DNA from: Eledone cirrhosa
Taxonomy: Eukaryota
Assembly: GCA_964016885.1 (NCBI GenBank)
Contig: OZ024742.1
Coordinates: 23,870,001-23,934,000, forward strand
Direction: 5' to 3'
Length of the DNA stretch: 64,000 nt
Positions 1-15,000 of this stretch are shown here, in pieces. The notes beneath the pieces were generated by a model, which had not been told where the DNA came from, made no database searches, and saw only the letters and a list, made by a program, of their open reading frames with translations. How positions within the stretch are numbered: position 1 is the first letter of the stretch; the number at the start of each line of letters is the position of its first letter. The translations under genes were made by a program, and so were the position numbers.

Positions 1-3000
1 GGAGTGCAAGGAGAGAAAGATAGGAAGGAGTGCAAGGAGAGAAAGATAGGAAGGAGTGTAAGGAGAGAAAGATATGAATGAGTGCAAGGAGAGAAAGATA
101 TGAAGGAGTGCAAGGAGAGAAAGATAGGAAGGAGTGCAATGAGAGAAAGATAGGAAGGAGTACAAGTAGAGAAAGATAGGAAGGAGTGCAAGGAGAGAAA
201 GATACGAAGGAGTGCAAGGAGAGAAAGATAGGAAGGAGTGCAAGGAGAGAAAGATAGGAAGGAGTGCAAGGAGAGAAATATAGGAAGGAGGGCAAGGAGA
301 GGAACATAGGAAGGAGTGAAAGGAGAGAAAGATAGGAAGGAGTGCAAGGAGAGAAAGATATAAAGGAGTGCAAGGAGAGAAAGATATGAAGGTGTGCAAG
401 GAGAGAAAGATAGGAAGGAGTGCAAGGAGGGAACGATATATAGGAGTGCAAGGAGAGAAAGATAGGAAGGAGTGCAAGGAGAGAAAGATAGGAAGGAGTG
501 CAAGGAGAGAAAGATAGGGAGGAGTGCAAGGAGAGAAAGATACGAAGGAGTGCAAGGAGAGAAAGATAGGAAGGAGTGCAAGGAGAGTAAGATAGGAAGG
601 AGTGCAAGGAGTGAAAGATACGAAGGAGTGAAAGGAGAGAAGGATAGGCAGGAGTGCAAGGAGAGAAAGAAGGAAGGAGTGCAAGGAGAGAAAGATACGA
701 AGGAGTGCAAGGAGAGAAAGATATGAAGGAGTGCAAGGAGAGCAAGATAGGACGGAGTGCAAGGAGAGAAAGATATGAAGGAGTGCAAGGAGAGAAAGAT
801 AGGAAGGAGTGCAAGGAGAGGAAGATATGAAGGAGTGCAAGGAGAGAAAGATACGAAGGAGTGCAAGGAGAGAAAGATAGGCAGGAGTGCAAGGAGAGCA
901 AGATAGGAAGGAGTGCAAGGAGAGAAAGATAGGAAGGAGTGCAAGGAGAGAAAGATAGGAAGGAGTGCAATGAGAGAAAGATACGAAGGAGTGCAAGGAG
1001 AGAAAGATAGGAAGGAGTGCAAGGAGAGAAAGATAGGAAGGAGTGCAAGGAGAGAAATATAGGAAGGAGTGAAAGGAGAGAAAGATATAAAGGAGTGTAA
1101 GGAGAGAAAGATATGAAGGAGTGCAAGGAGAGAAAGATAGGAAGGAGTGCAAGGAGAGAAAGATACGAAGGAGTGCAAGGAGAGAAAGATAGAAAGGAGT
1201 GCAAGGAGAGAAGGATATGAAGGAGTGCAAGGAGAGAAAGATAGGAAGGAGTGCAAGGAGAGAAAGATAGGAAGGATTGCAAGGAGAGAAAGATAGGAAG
1301 GAGTGCAAGGAGAGAAAGATATGAAAGAGTGCAAGGAGAGAAAGATATGAAGGAGTGCAAGGAGAGCAAGATAGGACGGAGTGCAAGGAGAGAAAGATAT
1401 GAAGGAGTGCAAGGAGAGAAAGATAGGAAGGAGTGCAAGGAGAGAAAGATACGAAGGAGTGCAAGGAGAGAAAGATATAAAGGAGTGCAAGGAGAGAAAG
1501 ATAGGAAGGAGTGCAAGGAGAGAAATATAGGAAGGAGAGCAAGGAGAGGAACATAGGCAGGAGTGAAAGGAGAGAAAGATAGGAAGGAGTGCAAGGAGAG
1601 AAAGATATAAAGGAGTGCAAGGAGAGAAAGATAGGAAGGAGTGCAAGGAGAGAAAGATAGGAAGTAATGCAAGGAGAGAAAGATACGAAGGAGTGCAAGG
1701 AGAGAAAGATAGGAATGAGTGCAAGGAGAGAAGGATATGAAGGAGTGCAAGGAGAGAAGGATATGAAGGAGTGCAAGGAGAGAAAGATAGGAAGGATTGC
1801 AATGAGAGAAAGATAGGAAGGAGTGCAAGGAGAGAAAGATATGAAAGAGTGCAAGGAGAGAAAGATATGAAGGAGTGCAAGGAGAGAAAGATATGAAGGA
1901 GTGCAAGGAGAGAAAGATAGGAAGGAGTGCAAGGAGAGAAAGATAGGAAGGAGTGCAAGGAGAGAAAGATAGGAAGGAGTGCAAGGTGAGAAAGATAGGA
2001 AGGAGTGCAAGGAGAGAAAGATAGGTAGGAGTGCAAGGAGAGAAAGATAGGAAGGAGTGCAAGGAGAGAAAGATAGGAAGGAGTGCAAGGAGAGAAAGAT
2101 ACGAAGGAGTGCAAAGAGAGAAAGATAGGAAGGGGTGCAAGGAGAGAAAGATATGAAGGAGTGCAAGGAGATAAATAAAGGAAGGAGTTCAAGGAGAGAA
2201 AGATATGAAGGAGTGCAAGGAGAGAAATATATGAAGGAGTGCAAGGAGAGAAAGATAGGAAGGAGTGCAAGGAGAGAAAGATAGGAAGGAGTGCAAGGAT
2301 AGAAAGATACGAAGGAGTGCAAGGAGAGAAATATTCGAAGGAGTGCAAGGAGAGAAAGATAGGAAGGAGTGCAAGGAGAGAAAGATATGAAGGGGTGCAA
2401 GGAGAGAAAGATAGGAAGGAGTGCAAGGAGAGAAAGATAGGAAGGAGTGAAAGGAGGGAACGATATAAAGGAGTGCAAGGAGAGAAAGATAGGAAGTAGT
2501 GCAAGGAGAGAAAGATAGGAAGGAGTGCAAGGAGAGAAAGATAGGAAGGAGTGCAAGGAGAGAAAGATATGAAGGAGTGCAAGGAGAGAAAGATATGAAG
2601 GAGTGCAAGGAGAGAAAGATAGGAAGGAGTGCAAGGAGAGAAAGATATGAAGGAGTGCAAGGAGAGAAGGATAGGAAGGAGTGCAAGGAGAGAAACATAG
2701 GAAGGAGTGCAAGGAGAGAAAGGTACGAAGGAGTGCAAGGAGTAAAATATAGGAAGGAGTGCAAGGAGAGAAAGATAGGAAGGAGTGCAAGGAGAGGAAG
2801 ATAGGAAGGAAGGCAAGGAGAGAAAGATATGAAGGAGTGCAAGGAGAGAAATATAGGAAGGAGTTCAAGGAGAGAAAGATAGGAAGGAGTGCAAGGAGAG
2901 TAAGATAGGAAGGAGTGCAAGGAGTGAAAGATACGAAGGAGTGAAAGGAGAGAAGGATAGGCAGCAGTGGAAGGAGAGAAAGAAGGAAGGAGTGCAAGGA

Positions 3001-6000
3001 GAGAAAGATACGAAGGAGTGCAAGGAGAGCAAGATAGGACGGAGTGCAAAGAGAGAAAGATATGAAGGAGTGCAAGGAGAGAAAGATAGGAAGGAGTGCA
3101 AGGAGAGAAAGATATGAAGGAGTGCAAGGAGAGAAAGTTACGAAGGAGTGCAAGGAGAGAAAGATAGGCAGGAGTGCAAGGAGAGAAAGATAGGAAGGAG
3201 TGCAAGGAGAGAAAGATAGGAAGAATTGCAAGGAGAGAAAGATAGGAAGGAGTGCAAGGAGAGAAAGATACGAAGGAGTGCAAGGAGAGAAAGATAGGAA
3301 GGAGTGCAAGGAGAGAAAGATAGGAAGGAGTGCAAGGAGAGAAATATAGGAAGGAGGGCAAGGAGAGGAACATAGGAAGGAGTGAAAGGAGAGAAAGATA
3401 GGAAGGAATGCAAGGAGAGAAAGATAGGAAGGAATGCAAGGAGAGAAAGATATAAAGGTGTGCAAGGAGAGAAAGATATGAAGGAGTGCAAGGAGAGAAA
3501 GATAGGAAGGAGTGCAAGGAGAGCAAGATAGGACGGAGTGCAAGGAGTGAAAGATTCGAAGGATTGAAAGGAGAGAAGGATAGGCAGGAGTGCAAGGAGA
3601 GAAAGATAGGAAGGAGTGCAAGGAGAGAAAGATACGAAGGAGTGCAAGGAGAGAAAGATAGGAAGGAGTGCAAGGAGAGAAAGATAGGAAGGAGTGCAAG
3701 GAGAGAAATATAGGCAGGAGGGCAAGGAGAGGAACATAGGAAGGAGTGAAAGGAGAGAAAGATAGGAAGGAGTGCAAGGAGAGAAAGATATAAAGGAGTG
3801 CAAGGAGAGAAAGATATGAAGGTGTGCAAGGAGAGAAAGATAGGAAGGAGTGCAAGGTGGGAACGATATATAGGAGTGCAAGGAGAGAAAGATAGGAAGG
3901 AGTGCAAGGAGAGAAAGATAGGAAGGAGTGCAAGGAGAGAAAGATAGGGAGGAGTGCAAGGAGAGAAAGATACGAAGGAGTGCAAGGAGAGAAAGATAGG
4001 AAGGAGTGCAAGGAGAGTAAGATAGGAAGGAGTGCAAGGAGTGAAAGATACGAAGGAGTGAAAGGAGAGAAGGATAGGCAGGAGTGCAAGGAGAGAAAGA
4101 AGGAAGGAGTGCAAGGAGAGAAAGATACGAAGGAGTGCAAGGAGAGAAAGATAGGAAGGAGTGCAAGGAGAGCAAGATAGGACGGAGTGCAAGGAGAGAA
4201 AGATATGAAGGAGTGCAAGGAGAGAAAGATAGGAAGGAGTGCAAGGAGAGGAAGATATGAAGGAGTGCAAGGAGAGAAAGATACGAAGGAGTGCAAGGAG
4301 AGACAGATAGGCAGGAGTGCAAGGAGAGAAAGATAGGAAGGAGTGCAAGGAGAGAAAGATAGGAAGGAGTGCAAGGAGAGAAAGATAGGAAGGAGTGCAA
4401 TGAGAGAAAGATACGAAGGAGTGCAAGGAGAGAAAGATAGGAAGGAGTGCAAGGAGAGAAAGATAGGAAGGAGTGCAAGGAGAGAAATATAGGAAGGAGA
4501 GCAAGGAGAGGAACATAAGAAGGAGTGAAAGGAGAGAAAGATATAAAGGAGTGTAAGGAGAGAAAGATATGAAGGAGTGCAAGGAGAGAAAGATAGGAAG
4601 GAGTGCAAGGAGAGAAAGATACGAAGGAGTGCAAGGAGAGAAAGATAGAAAGGAGTGCAAGGAGAGAAGGATAGGAATGAGTGCAAGGAGAGAAGGATAT
4701 GAAGGAGTGCAAGGAGAGAAGGATATGAAGGAGTGCAAGGAGAGAAAGATAGGAAGGATTGCAATGAGAGAAAGATAGGAAGGAGTGCAAGGAGAGAAAG
4801 ATATGAAAGAGTGCAAGGAGAGAAAGATATGAAGGAGTGCAAGGAGAGAAAGATATGAAGGAGTGCAAGGAGAGCAAGATAGGACGGAGTGCAAGGAGAG
4901 AAAGATATGAAGGAGTGCAAGGAGAGAAAGATAGGAAGGAGTGCAAGGAGAGAAAGATAGGAAGGAGTGCAAGCAGAGAAAGATACGAAGGAGTGCAAGG
5001 AGAGAAAGATATAAAGGAGTGCAAGGAGAGAAAGATAGGAAGGAGTGCAAGGAGAGAAAGATAGGAAGGAGTGCAAGGAGAGAAAGATACGAAGGAGTGC
5101 AAGGAGAGAAAGATAGGAAGGAGTGCAAGGAGAGAAATATAGGAAGGAGAGCAAGGAGAGAAACATAGGAAGGAGTGAAAGGAGAGAAAGATAGGAAGGA
5201 GTGCAAGGAGAGAAAGATATAAAGGAGTGCAAGGAGAGAAAGATATGAAGGAGTGCAAGGAGAGAAAGATAGGAAGGAGTGCAAGGAGAGAAAGATAGGA
5301 AGTAATGCAAGGAGAGAAAGATACGAAGGAGTGCAAGGAGAGAAAGATAGGAATGAGTGCAAGGAGAGAAGGATATGAAGGAGTGCAAGGAGAGAAGGAT
5401 ATGAAGGAGTGCAAGGAGAGAAAGATAGGAAGGATTGCAATGAGAGAAAGATAGGAAGGAGTGCAAGGAGAGAAAGATATGAAAGAGTGCAAGGAGAGAA
5501 AGATATGAAGGAGTGCAAGGAGAGAAAGATATGAAGGGGTGCAACGAGAGAAAGATAGGAAGGAGTGCAAGGAGAGAAAGATAGGAAGGAGTGCAAGGAG
5601 AGAAAGATAGGAAGGAGTGCAAGGTGAGAAAGATAGGAAGGAGTGCAAGGAGAGAAAGATAGGTAGGAGTGCAAGGAGAGAAAGATAGGAAGGAGTGCAA
5701 GGAGAGAAAGATAGGAAGGAGTGCAAGGAGAGAAAGATACGAAGGAGTGCAAAGAGAGAAAGATAGGAAGGGGTGCAAGGAGAGAAAGATATGAAGGAGT
5801 GCAAGGAGATAAATAAAGGAAGGAGTTCAAGGAGAGAAAGATATGAAGGAGTGCAAGGAGAGAAATATATGAAGGAGTGCAAGGAGAGAAAGATAGGAAG
5901 GAGTGCAAGGAGAGAAAGATAGGAAGGAGTGCAAGGATAGAAAGATACGAAGGAGTGCAAGGAGAGAAATATTCGAAGGAGTGCAAGGAGAGAAAGATAG

Positions 6001-9000
6001 GAAGGAGTGCAAGGAGAGAAAGATATGAAGGGGTGCAAGGAGAGAAAGATAGGAAGGAGTGCAAGGAGAGAAAGATAGGAAGGAGTGAAAGGAGGGAACG
6101 ATATAAAGGAGTGCAAGGAGAGAAAGATAGGAAGTAGTGCAAGGAGAGAAAGATAGGAAGGAGTGCAAGGAGAGAAAGATAGGAAGGAGTGCAAGGAGAG
6201 AAAGATATGAAGGAGTGCAAGGAGAGAAAGATATGAAGGAGTGCAAGGAGAGAAAGATAGGAAGGAGTGCAAGGAGAGAAAGATATGAAGGAGTGCAAGG
6301 AGAGAAGGATAGGAAGGAGTGCAAGGAGAGAAACATAGGAAGGAGTGCAAGGAGAGAAAGGTACGAAGGAGTGCAAGGAGTAAAATATAGGAAGGAGTGC
6401 AAGGAGAGAAAGATAGGAAGGAGTGCAAGGAGAGGGAGATAGGAAGGAAGGCAAGGAGAGAAAGATATGAAGGAGTGCAAGGAGAGAAATATAGGAAGGT
6501 GTTCAAGGAGAGAAAGATATGAAGGAACGCAACGAGAGAAAGATATGAAGGAGTGCAAGGAGAGAATGATATGAAGGACTGCAAGGAGAGAAAGATATGA
6601 AGGAGTGCAAGGAGAGAAATATAGGAAGGAGTGCAAGGAAAGATAGATATGAAGGAGTGCAAGGAGAGAAAGATAGGATGGAGTGCAAGGAGAGAAACAT
6701 AGGAAGGAGTGAAAGGAGAGAAAGATATGAAGGAGTGCAAGGAGAGAAAGATACGAAGGAGTGCAAGGAGAGAAAGATAGGAAGGAGTGCAAGGAGAGAA
6801 GGATATGAAGGAGTGCAAGGAGAGAAAGATAGGAAGGAGTGCAAGGAGAGAAAGATAGGAAGGATTGCAAGGAGAGAAAGATAGGAAGGATTGCAAGGAG
6901 AGAAAGATAGGAAGGAGTGCAAGGAGAGAAAGATAGGAAGGAGTGCAAGGAGAGAAAGATAGGAAGGAGTGTAAGGAGAGAAAGATATGAATGAGTGCAA
7001 GGAGAGAAAGATATGAAGGAGTGCAAGGAGAGAAAGATAGGAAGGAGTGCAAGGAGAGAAAGATAGGAAGGAGTACAAGGAGAGAAAGATAGGAAGGAGT
7101 ACAAGGAGAGAAAGATATGAAGGAGTGCAAGGAGAGAAAGATAGGAATGAGTGCAAGGAGAGAAAGATATGAATGAGTGCAAGGAGAGAAAGATAGGAAG
7201 GAGTGCAAGGATAGAAAGATAGGAAGAGTGCAAGGAGAGAAAGATAGGAAGGAGTGCAAGGAGAGAAAGATAGGAAGGAGTGCAAGGAGAGAAAGATAGG
7301 AAGGAGTGCAAGGAGAGAAAGATATGAAGGAGTGCAAGGAGAGAAAGATAGGAAGGAGTACAAGGAGAGAAAGATAAGAAGGAGTGCAAGGAGAGAAAGA
7401 TAGGTAGGAGTGCAAGGAGAGAAAGATAGGAAGGAGTGCAAGGAGAGAAAGATAGGAAGAGTGCAAGGAGAGAAAGATATGAAGGAACGCAACGAGAGAA
7501 AGATATGAAGGAGTGCAAGGAGAGAAAGATATGAAGGACTGCAAGGAGAGAAAGATATGAAGGAGAGCAAGGAGAGAAATATAGGAAGGAGTGCAAGGAA
7601 AGAAAGATATGAAGGAGTGCAAGGAGAGAAAGATAGGAAGGAGTGCAAGGAGAGAAACATAGGAAGGAGTGAAAGGAGAGAAAGATATGAAGGAGTGCAA
7701 GGAGAGAAAGATACGAAGGAGTGCAAGGAGAGAAAGATAGGAAGGAGTGCAAGGAGAGAAGGATATGAAGGAGTGCAAGGAGAGAAAGATAGGAAGGAGT
7801 GCAAGGAGAGAAAGATAGGAAGGATTGCAAGGAGAGAAAGATAGGAAGGAGTGCAAGGAGAGAAAGATAGGAAGGAGTGCAAGGAGAGAAAGATAGGAAG
7901 GAGTGCAAGGAGAGAAAGATAGGAAGGAGTGCAAGGAGAGAAAGATATGAATGAGTGCAAGGAGAGAAAGATATGAAGGAGTGCAAGGAGAGAAAGATAG
8001 GAAGGAGTGCAAGGAGAGAAAGATAGGAAGGAGTACAAGGAGAGAAAGACAGGAAGGAGTACAAGGAGAGAAAGATATGAATGAGTGCAAGGAGAGAAAG
8101 ATATGAATGAGTGCAAGGAGAGAAAGATATGAATGAGTGCAAGGAGAGAAAGATAGGAAGGAGTGCAAGGATAGAAAGATAGGAAGAGTGCAAGGAGAGA
8201 AAGATAGGAAGGAGTGCAAGGAGAGAAAGATAGGAAGGAGTGCAAGGAGAGAAAGATAGGAAGGAGTGCAAGGAGAGAAAGATATGAAGGAGTGCAAGGA
8301 GAGAAAGATAGGAAGGGGTACAAGGAGAGAAAGATAAGAAGGAGTGCAAGGAGAGAAAGATAGGTAGGAGTGCAAGGAGAGAAAGATAGGAAGGAGTGCA
8401 AGGAGAGAAAGATAGGAAGAGTGCAAGGAGAGAAAGATAGGAAGGAGTGCAAGGAGAGAAAGATAGGAAGGAGTGCAAGGAGAGAAAGATAGGAAGGAGT
8501 GCAGGGAGGGAAAGATATGAAGGAGTGCAAGGAGAGAAAGATAGTAAGGAGTACAAGGAGAGAAAGATATAAAGGAGTGCAAGGAGAGAAAGATATGAAG
8601 GAGTGCAAGGAGAGAAAGATAGGAAGGAGTGAAAGGAGGGAACGATATAAAGGAGTGCAAGGAGAGAAAGATAGGAAGGAGTGCAAGGAGAGAAAGATAC
8701 GAAGGAGTGCAAGGAGAGAAAGATAGGAAGGAGTGCAAGGAGAGTAAGATAGGAAGGAGTGCAAGGAGTGAAAGATACGAAGGAGTGCAAGGAGAGAAGG
8801 ATAGGCAGCAGTGCAAGGAGAGAAAGAAGGAAGGAGTGCAAGGAGAGAAAGATACGAAGGAGTGCAAGGAGAGAAAGATATGAAGGAAGTGCAAGGAGAG
8901 CAAGATAGGACGGAGTGCAAAGAGAGAAAGATATGAAGGAGTGCAAGGAGAGAAAGATAGGAAGGAGTGCAAGGAGAGAAAGATATGAAGGAGTGCAAGG

Positions 9001-12000
9001 AGAGAAAGTTACGAAGGAGTGCAAGGAGAGAAAGATAGGCAGGAGTGCAAGGAGAGAAAGATAGGAAGGAGTGCAAGGAGAGAAAGATAGGAAGGAGTGC
9101 AAGGAGAGAAAGATAGGAAGGAGTGCAAGGAGAGAAAGATACGAAGGAGTGCAAGGAGAGAAAGATAGGAAGGAGTGCAAGGAGAGAAAGATAGGAAGGA
9201 GTGCAAGGAGAGAAATATAGGAAGGAGGGCAAGGAGAGGAACATAGGAAGGAGTGAAAGGAGAGAAAGATAGGAAGGAGTGCAAGGAGAGAAAGATATAA
9301 AGGAGTGCAAGGAGAGAAAGATAAGGAGTGCAAGGAGAGAAAGATAGGAAGGAGTGCAAGGAGAGCAAGATAGGACGGAGTGCAAGGAGTGAAAGATACG
9401 AAGGAGTGAAAGGAGAGAAGGATAGGCAGGAGTGCAAGGAGAGAAAGATAGGAAGGAGTGCAAGGAGAGAAAGATACGAAGGAGTGCAAGGAGAGAAAGA
9501 TAGGAAGGAGTGCAAGGAGAGAAAGATAGGAAGGAGTGCAAGGAGAGAAATATAGGAAGGAGGGCAAGGAGAGGAACATAGGAAGGAGTGAAAGGAGAGA
9601 AAGATAGGAAGGAGTGCAAGGAGAGAAAGATATAAAGGAGTGCAAGGAGAGAAAGATATGAAGGTGTGCAAGGAGAGAAAGATAGGAAGGAGTGCAAGGA
9701 GGGAACGATATATAGGAGTGCAAGGAGAGAAAGATAGGAAGGAGTGCAAGGAGAGAAAGATAGGAAGGAGTGCAAGGAGAGAAAGATAGGGAGGAGTGCA
9801 AGGAGAGAAAGATACGAAGGAGTGCAAGGAGAGAAAGATAGGAAGGAGTGCAAGGATAGTAAGATAGGAAGGAGTGCAAGGAGTGAAAGATACGAAGGAG
9901 TGAAAGGAGAGAAGGATAGGCAGGAGTGCAAGGAGAGAAAGAAGGAAGGAGTGCAAGGAGAGAAAGATACGAAGGAGTGCAAGGAGAGAAAGATATGAAG
10001 GAGTGCAAGGAGAGCAAGATAGGACGGAGTGCAAGGAGAGAAAGATATGAAGGAGTGCAAGGAGAGAAAGATAGGAAGGAGTGCAAGGAGAGGAAGATAT
10101 GAAGGAGTGCAAGGAGAGAAAGATACGAAGGAGTGCAAGGAGAGAAAGATAGGCAGGAGTGCAAGGAGAGAAAGATAGGAAGGAGTACAAGGAGAGAAAG
10201 ATAGGAAGGAGTGCAAGGAGAGAAAGATAGGAAGGAGTGCAATGAGAGAAAGATACGAAGGAGTGCAAGGAGAGAAAGATAGGAAGGAGTGCAAGGAGAG
10301 AAAGATAGGAAGGAGTGCAAGGAGAGAAATATAGGAAGGAGTGAAAGGAGAGAAATATATAAAGGAGTGTAAGGAGAGAAAGATATGAAGGAGTGCAAGG
10401 AGAGAAAGATAGGAAGGAGTGCAAGGAGAGAAAGATACGAAGGAGTGCAAGGAGAGAAAGATAGAAAGGAGTGCAAGGAGAGAAGGATATGAAGGAGTGC
10501 AAGGAGAGAAAGATAGGAAGGAGTGCAAGGAGAGAAAGATAGGAAGGATTGCAAGGAGAGAAAGATAGGAAGGAGTGCAAGGAGAGAAAGATATGAAAGA
10601 GTGCAAGGAGAGAAAGATATGAAGGAGTGCAAGGAGAGCAAGATAGGACGGAGTGCAAGGAGAGAAAGATATGAAGGAGTGCAAGGAGAGAAAGATAGGA
10701 AGGAGTGCAAGGAGAGGAAGATATGAAGGAGTGCAAGGAGAGAAAGATACGAAGGAGTGCAAGGAGAGAAAGATAGGCAGGAGTGCAAGGAGAGAAAGAT
10801 AGGAAGGAGTACAAGGAGAGAAAGATAGGAAGGAGTGCAAGGAGAGAAAGATAGGAAGGAGTGCAATGAGAGAAAGATACGAAGGAGTGCAAGGAGAGAA
10901 AGATAGGAAGGAGTGCAAGGAGAGAAAGATAGGAAGGAGTGCAAGGAGAGAAATATAGGAAGGAGTGAAAGGAGAGAAATATATAAAGGAGTGTAAGGAG
11001 AGAAAGATATGAAGGAGTGCAAGGAGAGAAATATAGGAAGGAGTGAAAGGAGAGAAATATATAAAGGAGTGTAAGGAGAGAAAGATATGAAGGAGTGCAA
11101 GGAGAGAAAGATAGGAAGGAGTGCAAGGAGAGAAAGATATGAAGGAGTGCAAGGAGAGAAAGATAGGAAGGAGTGCAAGGTGAGAAAGATAGGAAGGAGT
11201 GCAAGGAGAGAAAGATAGGTAGGAGTGCAAGGAGAGAAAGATAGGAAGGAGTGCAAGGAGAGAAAGATAGGAAGGAGTGCAAGGAGAGAAAGATACGAAG
11301 GAGTGCAAAGAGAGAAAGATAGGAAGGGGTGCAAGGAGAGAAAGATATGAAGGAGTGCAAGGAGATAAATAAAGGAAGGAGTTCAAGGAGAGAAAGATAT
11401 GAAGGAGTGCAAGGAGAGAAATATATGAAGGAGTGCAAGGAGAGAAAGATAGGAAGGAGTGCAAGGAGAGAAAGATAGGAAGGAGTGCAAGGATAGAAAG
11501 ATACGAAGGAGTGCAAGGAGAGAAATATTCGAAGGAGTGCAAGGAGAGAAAGATAGGAAGGAGTGCAAGGAGAGAAAGATATGAAGGGGTGCAAGGAGAG
11601 AAAGATAGGAAGGAGTGCAAGGAGAGAAAGATAGGAAGGAGTGAAAGGAGGGAACGATATAAAGGAGTGCAAGGAGAGAAAGATAGGAAGTAGTGCAAGG
11701 AGAGAAAGATAGGAAGGAGTGCAAGGAGAGAAAGATAGGAAGGAGTGCAAGGAGAGAAAGATATGAAGGAGTGCAAGGAGAGAAAGATAGGAAGGAGTGC
11801 AAGGAGAGAAAGATAGGAAGGAGTACAAGGAGAGAAAGATAGGAAGGAGTACAAGGAGAGAAAGATATGAAGGAGTGCAAGGAGAGAAAGATAGGAATGA
11901 GTGCAAGGAGAGAAAGATATGAATGAGTGCAAGGAGAGAAAGATAGGAAGGAGTGCAAGGATAGAAAGATAGGAAGAGTGCAAGGAGAGAAAGATAGGAA

Positions 12001-15000
12001 GGAGTGCAAGGAGAGAAAGATAGGAAGGAGTGCAAGGAGAGAAAGATAGGAAGGAGTGCAAGGAGAGAAAGATATGAAGGAGTGCAAGGAGAGAAAGATA
12101 GGAAGGAGTACAAGGAGAGAAAGATAAGAAGGAGTGCAAGGAGAGAAAGATAGGTAGGAGTGCAAGGAGAGAAAGATAGGAAGGAGTGCAAGGAGAGAAA
12201 GATAGGAAGAGTGCAAGGAGAGAAAGATATGAAGGAACGCAACGAGAGAAAGATATGAAGGAGTGCAAGGAGAGAAAGATATGAAGGACTGCAAGGAGAG
12301 AAAGATATGAAGGAGAGCAAGGAGAGAAATATAGGAAGGAGTGCAAGGAAAGAAAGATATGAAGGAGTGCAAGGAGAGAAAGATAGGAAGGAGTGCAAGG
12401 AGAGAAACATAGGAAGGAGTGAAAGGAGAGAAAGATATGAAGGAGTGCAAGGAGAGAAAGATACGAAGGAGTGCAAGGAGAGAAAGATAGGAAGGAGTGC
12501 AAGGAGAGAAGGATATGAAGGAGTGCAAGGAGAGAAAGATAGGAAGGAGTGCAAGGAGAGAAAGATAGGAAGGATTGCAAGGAGAGAAAGATAGGAAGGA
12601 GTGCAAGGAGAGAAAGATAGGAAGGAGTGCAAGGAGAGAAAGATAGGAAGGAGTGCAAGGAGAGAAAGATAGGAAGGAGTGCAAGGAGAGAAAGATATGA
12701 ATGAGTGCAAGGAGAGAAAGATATGAAGGAGTGCAAGGAGAGAAAGATAGGAAGGAGTGCAAGGAGAGAAAGATAGGAAGGAGTACAAGGAGAGAAAGAC
12801 AGGAAGGAGTACAAGGAGAGAAAGATATGAATGAGTGCAAGGAGAGAAAGATATGAATGAGTGCAAGGAGAGAAAGATATGAATGAGTGCAAGGAGAGAA
12901 AGATAGGAAGGAGTGCAAGGATAGAAAGATAGGAAGAGTGCAAGGAGAGAAAGATAGGAAGGAGTGCAAGGAGAGAAAGATAGGAAGGAGTGCAAGGAGA
13001 GAAAGATAGGAAGGAGTGCAAGGAGAGAAAGATATGAAGGAGTGCAAGGAGAGAAAGATAGGAAGGGGTACAAGGAGAGAAAGATAAGAAGGAGTGCAAG
13101 GAGAGAAAGATAGGTAGGAGTGCAAGGAGAGAAAGATAGGAAGGAGTGCAAGGAGAGAAAGATAGGAAGGAGTGCAAGGAGAGAAAGATAGGAAGGAGTG
13201 CAGGGAGGGAAAGATATGAAGGAGTGCAAGGAGAGAAAGATAGGAAGGAGTACAAGGAGAGAAAGATATAAAGGAGTGCAAGGAGAGAAAGATATGAAGG
13301 AGTGCAAGGAGAGAAAGATAGGAAGGAGTGAAAGGAGGGAACGATATAAAGGAGTGCAAGGAGAGAAAGATAGGAAGGAGTGCAAGGAGAGAAAGATACG
13401 AAGGAGTGCAAGGAGAGAAAGATAGGAAGGAGTGCAAGGAGAGTAAGATAGGAAGGAGTGCAAGGAGTGAAAGATACGAAGGAGTGCAAGGAGAGAAGGA
13501 TAGGCAGCAGTGCAAGGAGAGAAAGAAGGAAGGAGTGCAAGGAGAGAAAGATACGAAGGAGTGCAAGGAGAGAAAGATATGAAGGAAGTGCAAGGAGAGC
13601 AAGATAGGACGGAGTGCAAAGAGAGAAAGATATGAAGGAGTGCAAGGAGAGAAAGATAGGAAGGAGTGCAAGGAGAGAAAGATATGAAGGAGTGCAAGGA
13701 GAGAAAGTTACGAAGGAGTGCAAGGAGAGAAAGATAGGCAGGAGTGCAAGGAGAGAAAGATAGGAAGGAGTGCAAGGAGAGAAAGATAGGAAGGAGTGCA
13801 AGGAGAGAAAGATAGGAAGGAGTGCAAGGAGAGAAAGATACGAAGGAGTGCAAGGAGAGAAAGATAGGAAGGAGTGCAAGGAGAGAAAGATAGGAAGGAG
13901 TGCAAGGAGAGAAATATAGGAAGGAGGGCAAGGAGAGGAACATAGGAAGGAGTGAAAGGAGAGAAAGATAGGAAGGAGTGCAAGGAGAGAAAGATATAAA
14001 GGAGTGCAAGGAGAGAAAGATAAGGAGTGCAAGGAGAGAAAGATAGGAAGGAGTGCAAGGAGAGCAAGATAGGACGGAGTGCAAGGAGTGAAAGATACGA
14101 AGGAGTGAAAGGAGAGAAGGATAGGCAGGAGTGCAAGGAGAGAAAGATAGGAAGGAGTGCAAGGAGAGAAAGATACGAAGGAGTGCAAGGAGAGAAAGAT
14201 AGGAAGGAGTGCAAGGAGAGAAAGATAGGAAGGAGTGCAAGGAGAGAAATATAGGAAGGAGGGCAAGGAGAGGAACATAGGAAGGAGTGAAAGGAGAGAA
14301 AGATAGGAAGGAGTGCAAGGAGAGAAAGATATAAAGGAGTGCAAGGAGAGAAAGATATGAAGGTGTGCAAGGAGAGAAAGATAGGAAGGAGTGCAAGGAG
14401 GGAACGATATATAGGAGTGCAAGGAGAGAAAGATAGGAAGGAGTGCAAGGAGAGAAAGATAGGAAGGAGTGCAAGGAGAGAAAGATAGGGAGGAGTGCAA
14501 GGAGAGAAAGATACGAAGGAGTGCAAGGAGAGAAAGATAGGAAGGAGTGCAAGGATAGTAAGATAGGAAGGAGTGCAAGGAGTGAAAGATACGAAGGAGT
14601 GAAAGGAGAGAAGGATAGGCAGGAGTGCAAGGAGAGAAAGAAGGAAGGAGTGCAAGGAGAGAAAGATACGAAGGAGTGCAAGGAGAGAAAGATATGAAGG
14701 AGTGCAAGGAGAGCAAGATAGGACGGAGTGCAAGGAGAGAAAGATATGAAGGAGTGCAAGGAGAGAAAGATAGGAAGGAGTGCAAGGAGAGGAAGATATG
14801 AAGGAGTGCAAGGAGAGAAAGATACGAAGGAGTGCAAGGAGAGAAAGATAGGCAGGAGTGCAAGGAGAGAAAGATAGGAAGGAGTACAAGGAGAGAAAGA
14901 TAGGAAGGAGTGCAAGGAGAGAAAGATAGGAAGGAGTGCAATGAGAGAAAGATACGAAGGAGTGCAAGGAGAGAAAGATAGGAAGGAGTGCAAGGAGAGA